From: Paraspadella gotoi
Lineage: Eukaryota; Animalia; Chaetognatha
Length of the DNA: 64,000 nucleotides
Direction of reading: 5' to 3'
Assembly (NCBI GenBank): GCA_051294375.1
Contig: CM119265.1
Location: 25,156,139 to 25,220,138 of the forward strand
Shown here piece after piece: positions 14,338 through 27,800 of this stretch. The first letter of the stretch is position 1. Each line of letters opens with the position of its first letter. A program made the translations under genes and the position numbers. The notes under the pieces were generated by a model. The model made no database searches, had not been told where the DNA came from, and worked only from the letters and a program-made list of their open reading frames with translations.

Positions 14338-15617
14338 AATTTCTCTCCAACGGAACACGATTAAAACGAGTGATTTTCAATACCACAGTTTATATGACAG
14401 ATGACAGATGAGAGACAGTGACAGATTAAAGGAGACCTTTTTATTTCTTGGTGATCAAAAATAGTGAGTTTTCCCGTTCGAGCAAGTGAGATTTCCTTTT
14501 TCAGATTAGAATTTCTAAGGGAGACACCAGATTGTGGTGAGAAGCGAGACAGAAAGGAGGAGGGAGAGGAGGAAGAGGAGGAAAAGGAGGAAGAAGACTG
14601 GGAGGAGATGATAGCCAACGAGGCTCGAGATGGTACGAGAACACATCTGTTCACTCGTTTTCTTTATTTTCTTTTATAACAAAAAAAAAAATAGTTTAAT
14701 TATTTTCCACGAATACCTATCGCGTAGTTCTAGGCCCGTCGCTCTCACTACTTATCTCTCTCTCTAACTCTCCCTTCTCTGTCTCTCTCTCTTCTCTAAC
14801 TCTCTCATCTAACTCTCTCTCTCTTACTCTCTCTCTCTCAATACCATTACTCACGCTCCACTCATCGCCCATAAAAACCGAGTTTTTTTTCCTTTGAATT
14901 CAAGTTTTTTTCTCTTTTTCCATATAAAACCTCTTTTCCTTCACGTTTGTAGACGCGGGAACGCGAGAGTTACTTACCCTTTTTTCACGGAGCTCAGCTT
15001 CACGGTTAGCCCAGCCACTATCAGCGGTTTTTTTTTTACTTCGAACCTTCGCTCCATTAACCTTTCAGTTAAAGAAATTACCTTTTAAACTTACCTTTTA
15101 AAACTTTTTACCCTTTCGGCTTTTTCCATTCTACTCTTGATGCTAAAGCCCCTTACCCTTAAAGACCTTACCTTTTCCTCCTCTCCCCTCCCATGTTACC
15201 CAGGCGACCCGACCTTTGGAATGTGAGGCATCACCAACGAGTTTCTACGGGAATCCTTTACCTTTCGTCGAAGTCGTTGAAAAACCCTAATTCGACTCGC
15301 TTCACCAGACTTAACTCACCTGGCCTCCATCTCACCAGGCCTCAGCATCATTTGCCTCACTTTACGGAGACTTTCCTTGCCTGACCTCACTTCCCTGGCC
15401 TCACTATCACCTGACCTTAGGGTTCGTTTGGCCTCACCTCAACTGGCCCTCACCTCCCTTGGCCTCAAACCTCAACTGGCCTCCACCCCCCTTGGCCCCT
15501 AACCTACCTTAGCTCTACCTCTTTCCCGCTTCTCTCTTTCTCTTTCCTGCTCGTTTCGTCTCCGAGTTACGATTAGTCGGCCTCATTTGTTCTCACGCCC
15601 TAGCCGTCGCTTGACGA

Positions 15618-15681
<64 letters not shown>

Positions 15682-15808
15682 CTCTCTCTCTCTCTCTTTT
15701 CTGTCCGGAGGAACCTTACTTTGTTGACCAGGGATATTTGACCTCATTCCTCATTCACATTTTTCTCCCCTCTCTCTCTCTCTCTCTCATCTCTCTCCTC
15801 TCTCTACT

Positions 15809-15851
<43 letters not shown>

Positions 15852-16919
15852 CTCTCTCTTTTCCTTCAAATTCTTCTCTCCCGACCTAACCCATTCCTTC
15901 CGCTTCGACCCCGATTTTCCGTCGACCTTACCCCCCTCCTTTCCTAACTTACCTTTGCCTTTCCGACGATACGTCGGTTGTTTTCTTTCCCAACTATTCT
16001 CTATTTCTCTGCCCCTCCCATTTTACTTTGTAGCCTAAAGTATCCCGCTTTTTTTGGGTATTGTTGTTTTTCTTATATTTTGTTTTGTTTTTTTATTTTT
16101 TGATTTAAATTAGCAAACGAAAAAAAAACTAAAAACATAAAAAAATATAGCCACCTTAAGTCTTCCTTTTGTATTTATTTAATTATTTATTTCTTTGTTC
16201 CTTTGTGATTAATATTTTCCGTCCCGCCGGCATAAAAACCTATATTCCTCACCTTCTATCTACGAAACTTTTTCTTTTCAAAACGGATATCGCTATTTTC
16301 CTCCCTCAACTTTTTCGGCCCTTCCTCTTTTTTTTTAATTTTTCACTTTTTTTTCTTCCTTCCTTTTATTTCACATTCGTCTTTTCTCTTCCACCTCTCA
16401 TTCCTCCCCCTTCCCCTTTCTTTCCTCTCCTTTTCTTTTCTTCCCTCGTTTTCCTCCCTTTCCTTCTTTCCTTTTCTCTCCCCTCTTTACTCCCTTTCCT
16501 CTTTCCTTTTCTCTCCTCCCTTCTCTCCCCTTCTCTCCTTTTCTTTCTCTCCTTTTCTTTTTTCCCTTTCCTCACTTTACCTTTTCTCTCTTCCTTTCTC
16601 TTCCCTTTCCTTCTTTCCTTTTCTCTCCTTCCTTCTCTCCCCTTTTCCTCTTTTTTTTTTCCCTCTTTCTTTTTTCCCTTCCCTTTCCTCCCTTTACCTC
16701 CCTTTCCTTTCTTTCCTTTCTCTCCCCTTTCCTCCCTTTCCTCTTTCCTTTTCTTCTTACCCCTTTCCCCTCCTTTTTTCTTTTTCTTCCTTTTCCAACG
16801 ACGGGTTTTTTATTACTTGCATCTCAATTCGGAATCTCCCTTTCATCTTTTTCTTTTTTTCTTTCTTTTTTTTTCCTTTTCACGTTTCGTATCTGTTAAT
16901 CTTTTCTCTTTCTCTCTCT

Positions 16920-16975
<56 letters not shown>

Positions 16976-18350
16976 TCTCCCTTTCCTTAATTCGTTTACC
17001 CCTCTTTAATTTCCTTTCCTTCGAATTATCTCTTTCGCTAAAAATGACTTTCCTTCGAAACTCACCCTTTATTTCCCTCGCCTTCGCTTTTTTAAAACTT
17101 TCCTCCGATTTTTGCGATAGAAATGCTAATTCGTCTTGCAGGCTTTCCAAGCGTTATCGTTTGTGAATTAACTAATTAACTAATTACTTGCCGAACTTCA
17201 GTAATATTTGAAACGTTAACTGGCAGACAAATAAAAAACCAGTAACATATTGCAAGGTCCACTGTCGACTGTCAGACGCAGGAATTTTTTAATTCACGTT
17301 TCTGAAAGCCGAGCGTCGGCCGACCCAAATTCAAATTATTAATGGGACACAGCATGCAGGACAAATCCATTATTGCGTATTAGTTGATTTTGTTTTAAAA
17401 TTTTTATTTTTTTTTTGCAAGAAAATGTTCCCGAACCATAAGTAAAAATTATTATATTGTCAAATATTTTATTATATTTCAAGTTTTTTAATTGATACTT
17501 GCATAAGAGCACAAAAAAAGTTAAGCCAAAAAACTGTAATTACAAAATCGGATAGATGATGATGATAATTGATTTATTTAAGCGTTTTTTCTTCAATTTT
17601 ACTCACTTATCATCAAAATATTGAGGAAAAAAAAAAATTGATACTTTTGTGTGAGACTACTTTGACAAACTCTGAATTTTGACATTTCTTATCTATAAAT
17701 AAATATTCAAAAATTAATTACCAGCGCGTCTCGCCATTTTAGAACATTTTGCCTCCATTTGAAAGTTTTTCTCAGAAGAAATAGTTATGAAGGTTTCATT
17801 TGGGAAGGTTCCCAAAATCAAACTTCTGACCCACCCCATTTACAAAGCCATTGGCCCTATGAAAGGATCGTTATGGAAAAAAATAAATGCTAAAAAGAAA
17901 ATTTGCAAATACTTTCAACCTTGATTTCTTGTCTAATGAAAAGATGTATGTTAGTACCAACCCACGAATTAAACAAAAATATTATTCATTTATAATTTGT
18001 AGAAATAAATGGTATATGGACGTTAGCTTTCACGTGTAATTATTCGAGCGGGACCTTCACCATAAAAAGGGGCCTTTGGAAAGAAAATTTTTGATCAACA
18101 AATTCAGATCGGCAAAACTGCGCAATAAAAGACGATCGTAAGAACCTCAGATCCACCAACAATTTCAACAGAATCCATATTTGGAACTCTCTCTCTCTCG
18201 ATCAGTCTCTCTCTACTCTCTCTCTCCTCATCTCCCATGTCCTCTCTCTTCATCTCTCTCTCTCTCTTCTCTTCTCTCATTCTCTCTCTCCTCTCTCTGC
18301 AGGAAAAATTTTCCCCTTCCTCTGCGGCTTTGTCGTGCCCAGAAAAAGGA

Positions 18351-18384
<34 letters not shown>

Positions 18385-20462
18385 GAGCAGAGAGAGAGAG
18401 AACGAGACGATGAAGAGAGCAGCAGAGACTGAGCGAGAGAGATAGAGAGAGAGGAGAGTAGAATTCTTTTTATTTCTTCCTCTAAAATTCTCTTAATCTT
18501 CGCAAAATCCCTTTGTTATTCCTATTCTTCTCTCTTCCTCTTCCGATAAACAGAACTCTCGCTTGTAACTGAGAACGTTTATAGCGAGAAACCGTTGTGA
18601 TGACAGCTCTGACTTCGAGTTAAACGGTTATCGTCGACGGTTTATAACGACGTGAGAAATGACGAATTATCCGAAAACGTAGTTATATTTTCATTATTGA
18701 TAGAGTCCAAGAGTTAGGTTCCATTGAATTGCAGGTCAGACCGATCCAGTTCGCAGGTGCCATGCCATTCGGTGACTGTACGACGAGTCATTTCGGTCGA
18801 CTGGCAAGCCATCATTGATTGATGGCACGGAAGCTCATGTTCGGTCGAACTGGCATGCCATTTCAGGTCGACTGACATACAATCTCCGGTTCACCTTAGC
18901 AAGCCATCATCGTTGACGCTCAAGCATTTTGGCCGGAACTGCGCACGCCAACTCAGTCGACTGGCATGCCATTCGGTTCCACTGGCATGCCAAACTCAGC
19001 GTCGACGGTCATACCTATACTCGGCCGTCATAGTTCTGCATTTCTGCCATCCACGACCCGAAGAATAAAAATCCATTTCATGATTATTCGTCTCTTTCAA
19101 ACCTGCACCCGTTGACCTCAGACGCTCATGACTCCTCCACCTCCTCACCTCCTCACCTCCTGACATTATAACCGCAGCACATTTGCAGACGTCCATCACT
19201 CCCGCCCCCCTGTCACGATTTCCGATTTTTAGCGATACGACACTAAGTTAACCTCACCCAGTCCTCCACCAGTCCTCACCCGGCTTTCTTTTATTTTGCA
19301 TCGTCGCTTACTCACCATTGATCACGCTTCCATCTCGATTTCACAACTCCGTCGCGACTTTCTCCATCACGATTCATAACTACATCACACGTTCTCCACC
19401 ACCTTCACAACTCCATCTCACGTTTCTTTATCAATTGTTCACAATTTTCATTCAGGCTTTTTGCTGTATAATTTAGCGACTCTATCCATTTAAACCCATC
19501 GTCGTTTAAAAAATCACACCCCTATCACTCTAACCATTCACAATTCAATCACGCCACTGCTATCACTCCTATTCACCCTTTCAAACCAGCACGCAACTTT
19601 CACCTATATTCGCAACAAACTCTGGCACGCCGCCCAACCACTACTTAATAACCCACCCAAATCGCATCACCCCACCACTACTCTACCTTACCTCTACCTA
19701 TTTTTCTCCCCGGTCCCAGAGTTCCGAACCGCAAAATCGGCTGTCCACGTCTCTCGCGTAAAAGGGCCGTCGTTGATGGAACCAATCGGAATTATGACTC
19801 CGGTTCGCGCGCGATCCCGATTTCGCTCCATTTTTGGGGCAGGCGTGAGAATAGCGGGGGTGGGTGGGTCAGGTAAGTAAATGAGGAGGATAGGGGCGGA
19901 CGGAACGGATCGCGAGGCATTCAGATGTTTAAAAGCCTAGGCTTAACGTGCTTGCAGTATGGGCAGAGAGAGAGAGAGACGGAGAGACGAGTAGAGAGAG
20001 AGAGGAGAGAGAGAGAATGAGAGCGAGAGAGAGAGAGAGAGAGAGAGAGATGAGTGACGGAGAGCAGAGAAGTAGCCACGATCCGAAGGGGTTAATTGAT
20101 GCTTTAGGTAAGGGTGATAAACAAATGGAGAGAAAGAGAGAAAGGGAAAGAAAAGCGGCATGAAGGCGCCGGAGTCCATGTTCGCTAATGGCCAAGTTTC
20201 GCGCGGGATTGAAAGCAACGCTTACATTTTCCATAGTTCTATACCCTTTTCTACGAACGATCCACCCGTTTGTGACATCACCGACCGGGTTGTCATTGGT
20301 TCACGATAAAAAGAGATTAACGTTTGTGACAGAGACGGTGATGAGGGTGATAAAAAAAGGCATAATTGTTGGTGTTGAAACTGTTGACTGAAAACGAAAA
20401 AAGAGAGATGAGAGAAAATGACAGCCGAGAGTGATAAGAAGGAGATATTTGATCTTCTCCTC

Positions 20463-20497
<35 letters not shown>

Positions 20498-20881
20498 ATT
20501 TAAAATTCTTTTCTTAAGAAGTAATATGCAGAAAGGAATCGAATATTCAAATGTCTTCTGTAACAAAAAAAAATCCATATTTAAAAAAAATATTTTAAGA
20601 AAAAAAATCATTTTTTTCTCCATTTTAAACTTTCCATTTTCCATTTTCTTCGCCATTTTCTTTTCGTCAAATCCATTTTCGAATTTTTAGTCAAAACGGT
20701 TTTTTTTTTAAATTCTTCGGAATATTTTTTCTTTTCTTTTTGTCGTAAGACGAATCCTTTTTTTTTACTATTTTTTTACAATACTCTATTGTATTTTTTA
20801 AATTCTTTTTCTCTTCACGAGAAAAAAAAACTTCAAAGAAAAAAAAACCGTGAATTTTTTTCTCTCACTTTTTTCTCCTTT

Positions 20882-21068
20882 AGTTTTCACGGAGTGAAGG
20901 AGGATGAGGAGGAGGAGGAGGAGGAGAAGAAGTCACGTGATTTCTCGCGCGCCGATGACGTCAGCAGTCAACCCGGGACCGACGACGACGATGACAGCGA
21001 CGACGATGACAACGACGATGACTGGAACAGCGACGAAACATACGACGAACTACTGGGACGACGACGAC

Positions 21069-21101
<33 letters not shown>

Positions 21102-21297
21102 TGGTGGTGGAACGAACGACGAGGAAAATGGTGATGACGTGAAGAGGAGGAGGAGGAGGAGGAGGAGGAGGAGGCGATGTTTATGAGAAGGATTACGATG
21201 ATGACGATGATTACGACTTCGAGGACGAAGACGACGACGACCACGACGACGATGAAGACGACGACGAAAGGGATTAGAAGTTGAGATCTGGGATGAG
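20882..21297 (+). CDS. Possible Asp/Glu-rich low-complexity exon
   Basis: Polypyrimidine tract and tttag| before, gag|gtaaag after, with GAC/GAG-rich acidic frames. Repeat slippage breaks the frame, so it could be non-coding trinucleotide repeat. Confidence 0.3.
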
Positions 21298-24200
21298 GTA
21301 AAGAAGTTGAGAAGGTTGAGAAATTAATAAAAAAAAAAATTTAAATCAATAGAAAAAAATGAGAAGTTGGTGTCGAAATTAAAATGAATTATTGAGATTA
21401 AAAGAAAGATATTGAGAGAATGAGGGAGAGAGAAGAAGATGAGTAATGTAAAGAGATGAAGAAGATGAGAAATGAAAAGAGAGAAGAAGATGATGTATGA
21501 AAACAGATGAGAAGATGAGAAATGAAAAGAGAANNNNNNNNNNNNNNNNNNNNNNNNNNNNNNNNNNNNNNNNNNNNNNNNNNNNNNNNNNNNNNNNNNN
21601 NNNNNNNNNNNNNNNNNNNNNNNNNNNNNNNNNNNNNNNNNNNNNNNNNNNNNNNNNNNNNNNNNNNNNNNNNNNNNNNNNNNNNNNNNNNNNNNNNNNN
21701 NNNNNNNNNNNNNNNNNNNNNNNNNNNNNNNNNNNNNNNNNNNNNNNNNNNNNNNNNNNNNNNNNNNNNNNNNNNNNNNNNNNNNNNNNNNNNNNNNNNN
21801 NNNNNNNNNNNNNNNNNNNNNNNNNNNNNNNNNNNNNNNNNNNNNNNNNNNNNNNNNNNNNNNNNNNNNNNNNNNNNNNNNNNNNNNNNNNNNNNNNNNN
21901 NNNNNNNNNNNNNNNNNNNNNNNNNNNNNNNNNNNNNNNNNNNNNNNNNNNNNNNNNNNNNNNNNNNNNNNNNNNNNNNNNNNNNNNNNNNNNNNNNNNN
22001 NNNNNNNNNNNNNNNNNNNNNNNNNNNNNNNNNNNNNNNNNNNCGTTAAAATTTATTGAAAATCTCTGAAAATACAAATCTCAAATATCTGTTGTGAGAG
22101 AGAAAGTATGTTTTAAATTGATGCTCCGCGTAGTTTTATTTAACCAGTTGCCTCACTCGGGCTCGCTGGAATGGATCAACTTCTTTTATCATTAATTCAT
22201 TTCTTCATCTTCTTCATCTCATCTTCTTTCATTTTTCATTCTCTCATCTCTTTTCATACATCATCTTCTTTCCTCTTTTCATACATCAATGCTTCTTTCT
22301 TTTATTTTTCCCATCCTCTCATACACGGTCTTCAAATCTAAAAAAAGTCATGCTTCACAGTACGCTAATTAACTCCAGAAGAGGCTAATCCAACTCCACA
22401 ATAGACTTTCCCCCGTCGAACTTCACAAGAGGCTGTGTCGAACGCCCTCTTCCATCTCCGCGTTTTGCTCGGTGACGACGTTCGCCTAATAATATCGAAA
22501 AGCGTCACGCGTCAAAAACTGACGGACCGAATTAAATTTTGACGCTCGATTATAAATATTTTGTGTTCGACGGCGGATGACGAGAAAATGTGAAAAGCGT
22601 GAGAGAAAAAAAAAAGAATAACAGGATCGTAGTTGTCGTAGTCGACGACGTCATCTTCATCGTCGTAATCGTCAGAGTCATCGTCGTCGTAGTCGTCATC
22701 GAGGTCGTCGTCAGTGTCGTCATCGTCAGTGTCATTGTCGTCTCGTCGTCGTCGTTTTTGTCGTCACTGTCATCAAAAACGTTGGGGTGTCATCGGCTTA
22801 AGCATCATTGTCATGTCCGATGTCATTAACGTCGTAATCGTCAGTGTCATCGCTATTGCATCATCGACGTCGTCGTCATCGCTATTATTGTTGTGATTGG
22901 CATTTGTCAGTCGAGTAGAAATCGTTTATTTCTAACAAAGACGACGACGATGAAATGGACGACAACAACGATGCCGATGACAACGAGATTGAAGAGGATG
23001 ACAATGACGACGATGATGACAACGACGACGACAACAACAGCGACTCACTTCGTCTTCCTCGTCGTCGTCGAAAACGTGAGGACCGAACCAACTCCAGTCG
23101 CAGTGAATCAAATGAGCTGTTGAGGGGGGGGGGAAGGGGAGAAAATGTGAGGTGGAGTGTGGGAGAGAGTGTGGGAGGAAGTGTGGAACACAAGGCCTGG
23201 GATGGTGTGTTCTCCCAAGGTGTCGCTTACAGTCGTTTAGATTTGAAATTTCTTCCCGCTCAGTAAAAATAATAAAAGAGCAAGCAAATCTGTTGCAATG
23301 AATTTTGGGTCGTTGGATCGTTTTATAGGGTGATCAGGTGACTTCACAAGTCTGACGTATATGCGCGTTAAAGGGCTTATGGTGCCTTACTTTCATACCA
23401 AATATGAACTTAATTAAGTATTAAAGAAAATTATGAGTATTTTTAATGGAAGTGGGACGGACCGACAGAGCGACTGACCGAAAAGTGAGTAATCGCGGCG
23501 CAACTAAAAAGGATGAGTCACTGGAGGGAGCGACTTGGAGATCGAGATGAGAAGGCATCGGTGAGGTGGGTGAGTGAAGTGGTGAAGTGGGTAAGTTAAG
23601 TGAGAAGGTAAGTGGGCAAAATACGTATAATGAGCATTGAGCAAAGAGGAAAGGAGAATTAAGAAGGAGAATTAAGAAGAAGAATTAAGAAAGGAGAATA
23701 AGAAAGGAAAATTTAAGTAAGAGATATTATAGTAAGTAGAATTAAGAAGGATAATTAGAAGTAAGGAGAATTAAAGAAGAATTTAAGAAGGAGAATTTAG
23801 AAGGAAAAATTAAAGAAAGGATGAATAATGAAGGATTGAATTAAAGAAGGAAATCGCTGAGGGAAGAGACTAAAACAACGAACAGTAAAATATGAGAAGC
23901 GATCTTACGTGTTTTGGGGGGTTTGGGGAGGCATTCGGGAGGAAAAGGGAAATATTGAGGAGCCGTCGGGAGGGGGCGGGGGAACAGGCGTAGGTGGGCG
24001 TGGCGTCGCCGAGAGTGAAAATTCGGATCGCCGGTCGCTCGAGTGGCGCGGAATCGACGCACGAGCGAAGACCGAGTTTTCGCGTCGAGAGACGAGATGG
24101 AACCAAGCAGGGGGAAACAACCAAGCAAACAAGTCGTTCGCACAGAAAGAAAAACAGAGCAAAGGGACGGAACCAAGCAATCTAATCGTTCACGATGAGA

Positions 24201-24579
24201 TGGAACCAAGCAGAACGACCGAACCAAGCAAAAGCAATCAGGCACGACGAGAAGCAAAAGCAAAAGCAAAGAAACGGAACCAAGTAAACCAATCATTCGC
24301 GACAATATAGAACCAAGCAGAGGGACGGAAGCAAGCACACCCATCATGCGCGAAGAAGCAACAAATACCAAGAACAAAAATAACAACAACAAAAAAAAAA
24401 AAAACGAAATAAAACCACTCTTGGATAACAAAATAATAAATTAAAATAAACAAAAAAATACGTAAATAAATGAACTATGAAACAAACAAATATCCACGCA
24501 AAAGAGAAACGTACCTAGACGATCGCCGCGCGATTCCTCTCCCCCCCCACACGCCCCCCCACCCCCTTCCTCCACTCAC

Positions 24580-24820
24580 CGATCTTCTTGAGCGGCAGCG
24601 TCTTCTCGTTCTCGATCCACGCGTCCGACTTGAAGGCTTCGAGAAACTTGTCGATCTCGATGATCTTCTTGCAGCCTTCGTAGACCATCTCGAGAGTGTC
24701 GTACTCGGAGAAGCCGAGGGTGAAGAGGTTGAAGACGGCGACGACCGAGTCGGAGACGCGTTGGAAGCCGAGGCGATGCTTGCGGAGGACGCGGAGGAAG
24801 AAGGCGTGGTTCTTGAAGAG
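24580..24820 (-). CDS. CK-like gene exon, domain 2 C-terminus (LFKNHAFFLRVLRKHRLGFQRVSDSVVAVFNLFTLGFSEYDTLEMVYEGCKKIIEIDKFLE...)
   Basis: cag| acceptor and |gtgagt donor, 241 nt open. Aligns to the CK/AK C-terminal SNxxRLGxSEV...DG...EMEK helix. Confidence 0.85.
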
Positions 24821-27800
24821 CTGTTCGAGAGGGAAAGGCGTGAGGTTAAGACGGCGATTCTAGATGAAGATATCGAAATATTTGTTGGGAGTCAACGACT
24901 TTAAATTGACGGGTCTTTTTCTCCCCCAATATAAATAGTTTAATATATGAAGGGTAATATGCAAATTAGCATGAGAATGCCGTCGTACCACCATCCGTCC
25001 TCCACCCTCCCCCTCCTTATAAAACCTGTCTGAGCCTGAGCTGCACTATGATGTAAGTCGCCGTCCCCAAAGACCCGGGACAAGAGACGAGGAATCCAAA
25101 GTGAGGATCGTAGGCGAACTCGTAGCGGCCGAACTCCTGGAGGCGCTCCTCCAACACTTCGAGGACGAGACGATGGTTAGTGAAGATCTTCCGCATCTTG
25201 GGCGACTTCTCCACGGTGGATATCATCATGTGATCGAGCTCGTTGACGTTGCAGAGGACCGTGCGTTCCGAGTTGGCCCAGTAGCTGGAGGGGAGTTGCC
25301 GGGGGAGGGAGGGGGAGAAAGTTGGAGTGAGAATGGCGAAATGCGATGATATGAGATGCGATGATCATCTTTTATTTTTAAAGAATCGAGGAAGCTTAAT
25401 AATAAATGCTTTGAATCTAAACATAATCATTTTTATTGCTTTTTCGCATATTATTTTTTATGACGCATCATAAAAAACCCCAAGATTTTTTTTCTAATCT
25501 TTGCTTTTCTAATTCGTTTGGTAAATTATTTCATTTTTAACTTTCTCAGCCCCCAACACTTTCCGATCTGCCATCCAGCATAAGACCAGTCCTTCAAAAA
25601 AGGTCAACTAAGATGACCGAGGAAATAATGACCTGACGCGAGGTCACAAAATCTTTCATTTACCCTCTAGCGTCGGGCCAGTCCCTCAACAGCCCGGCCT
25701 TCTTATAGACGAGTCGGTCCTCCACGGGGAAGTAGAAGCACCTTACTCCAGAGTCGTCGACGTGCTGCTTGAGATTCTCCAAGTGCGCGTATTGAGAGTA
25801 ATGACCTTTGACCTCAAACTCGATCTTTTTGTGTTCGAGGTAACTGGGGAATGGGGAGAGGGGGGGTAGGCCGGTAGGAGGGGTGAAGAAGGTTCAATGA
25901 TATGTCATGTCATGTCATGTCAAGTGTCACAAATAGAGACAAATTCTGATTAAACTTANNNNNNNNNNNNNNNNNNNNNNNNNNNNNNNNNNNNNNNNNN
26001 NNNNNNNNNNNNNNNNNNNNNNNNNNNNNNNNNNNNNNNNNNNNNNNNNNNNNNNNNNNNNNNNNNNNNNNNNNNNNNNNNNNNNNNNNNNNNNNNNNNN
26101 NNNNNNNNNNNNNNNNNNNNNNNNNNNNNNNNNNNNNNNNNNNNNNNNNNNNNNNNNNNNNNNNNNNNNNNNNNNNNNNNNNNNNNNNNNNNNNNNNNNN
26201 NNNNNNNNNNNNNNNNNNNNNNNNNNNNNNNNNNNNNNNNNNNNNNNNNNNNNNNNNNNNNNNNNNNNNNNNNNNNNNNNNNNNNNNNNNNNNNNNNNNN
26301 NNNNNNNNNNNNNNNNNNNNNNNNNNNNNNNNNNNNNNNNNNNNNNNNNNNNNNNNNNNNNNNNNNNNNNNNNNNNNNNNNNNNNNNNNNNNNNNNNNNN
26401 NNNNNNNNNNNNNNNNNNNNNNNNNNNNNNNNNNNNNNNNNNNNNNNNNNNNNNNNNNNNNNNNNNNNNNNNNNNNNNNNNNNNNNNNNNNNNNNNNNNN
26501 NNNNNNNNNNNNNNNNNNNNNNNNNNNNNNNNNNNNNNNNNNNNNNNNNNNNNNNNNNNNNNNNNNNNNNNNNNNNNNNNNNNNNNNNNNNNNNNNNNNN
26601 NNNNNNNNNNNNNNNNNNNNNNNNNNNNNNNNNNNNNNNNNNNNNNNNNNNNNNNNNNNNNNNNNNNNNNNNNACGACAATACTTCATTAGACAAGAATC
26701 AAGTTACGAAAGTAGTTTGCAAATTTTCTTTTTACATTTTTATTTTTACCGAGTCAACGACCTTGTCGTCGATCTTTGCATGGCGCTCAATCTTCTGTAC
26801 ATGGGGAGTGCGCTCAAGAAAGTTGTCTGAAATTTGGTGCGATGAGACCTTCTTCCTCAATATGTAAACCTTCATCTACAATTACTAAAAATAAAAAACT
26901 TCACAATGGACGGCGAGAGGACACATCTTGTCAATAGTCTATTCATAAAATGTGCAGTTGTCGAGAATCACCGTCTGGGTAATCAGGTAATATTTTTTAA
27001 ATAGTTTATTTATTAGATAAGGACATATGTCAAATATTCAGAAGTTTTGGTTCTTGACGTAGATAGGCAACTCGTGTGTTACTGACAAAGTTAGGAGTTT
27101 TTATTGTTATTTTTTTTTCCTTAGTCTTTTCCAAAAACTAATTTTTTGAAGATAAGTGGAAGCTAAAAATTGTGAATAAAAAACCCGGTCCTGTCACAAA
27201 TAAAAATCATATATCATCATCAATTATCCGATTTGTAATTAAACATTATTGGCTTATAAACTTTTTTTTGTGGCTCTAAATCAGTAGCCGAATTAAAACT
27301 TAAAAGAAAAATCCAACTCGTGTTCAACTTTTGTCTTTATCGTCATTTTGGTTTTCCAAAAACATTTATAAAATTTGTATTAAAAGCTTAAATTGTCATG
27401 AATTTTTCAACATCAATGTTAATATTTCTCTTACATATATTATTTGGATTAATCGGCGTCTCTTCTCTTATAATGTAATATAATGTATTATAATAAGTCA
27501 GTCTTCGCTGCTGTCTCGTCATCGCCGCCGGAAACGGAATCCCCCGGATGTTGCGACTCGTTTCGATCCGTATCTCGGCGATGTAGTGCATGTCGAGTTG
27601 GTCGTCCGTCTCGCAACTGCGGGGAGGTGGGTGGGCAGTNNNNNNNNNNNNNNNNGTTACAATGTTTAAAATGTGTGAAAAAAATGTAGGCCTTATTTTT
27701 TCAAAGCGCCACATGTTATCTTAAATTCGAAATTAAATTATTTTTTTTGAATATAAGATTAGTTTAGTTGCGAGGGTTAAGGATTAGAGTTAGAGATTAG

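Larger units (their letters stand above)
1004..19262. repeat. Outer imperfect inverted duplication (~1004-2285 vs ~17790-19262; ~3490-8200 vs ~12950-17790) plus direct duplications (1-638 vs ~3510-4175; ~1250-2285 vs ~2305-3485)
   Basis: Colinear reverse-complement and direct matches that differ mainly by scattered 1-nt indels. Confidence 0.9.

Noticed and set aside
21379-22077. Long ORFs across N runs (also 25910-26695, 28790-29257)
   Set aside because: They consist almost entirely of X from assembly gaps.
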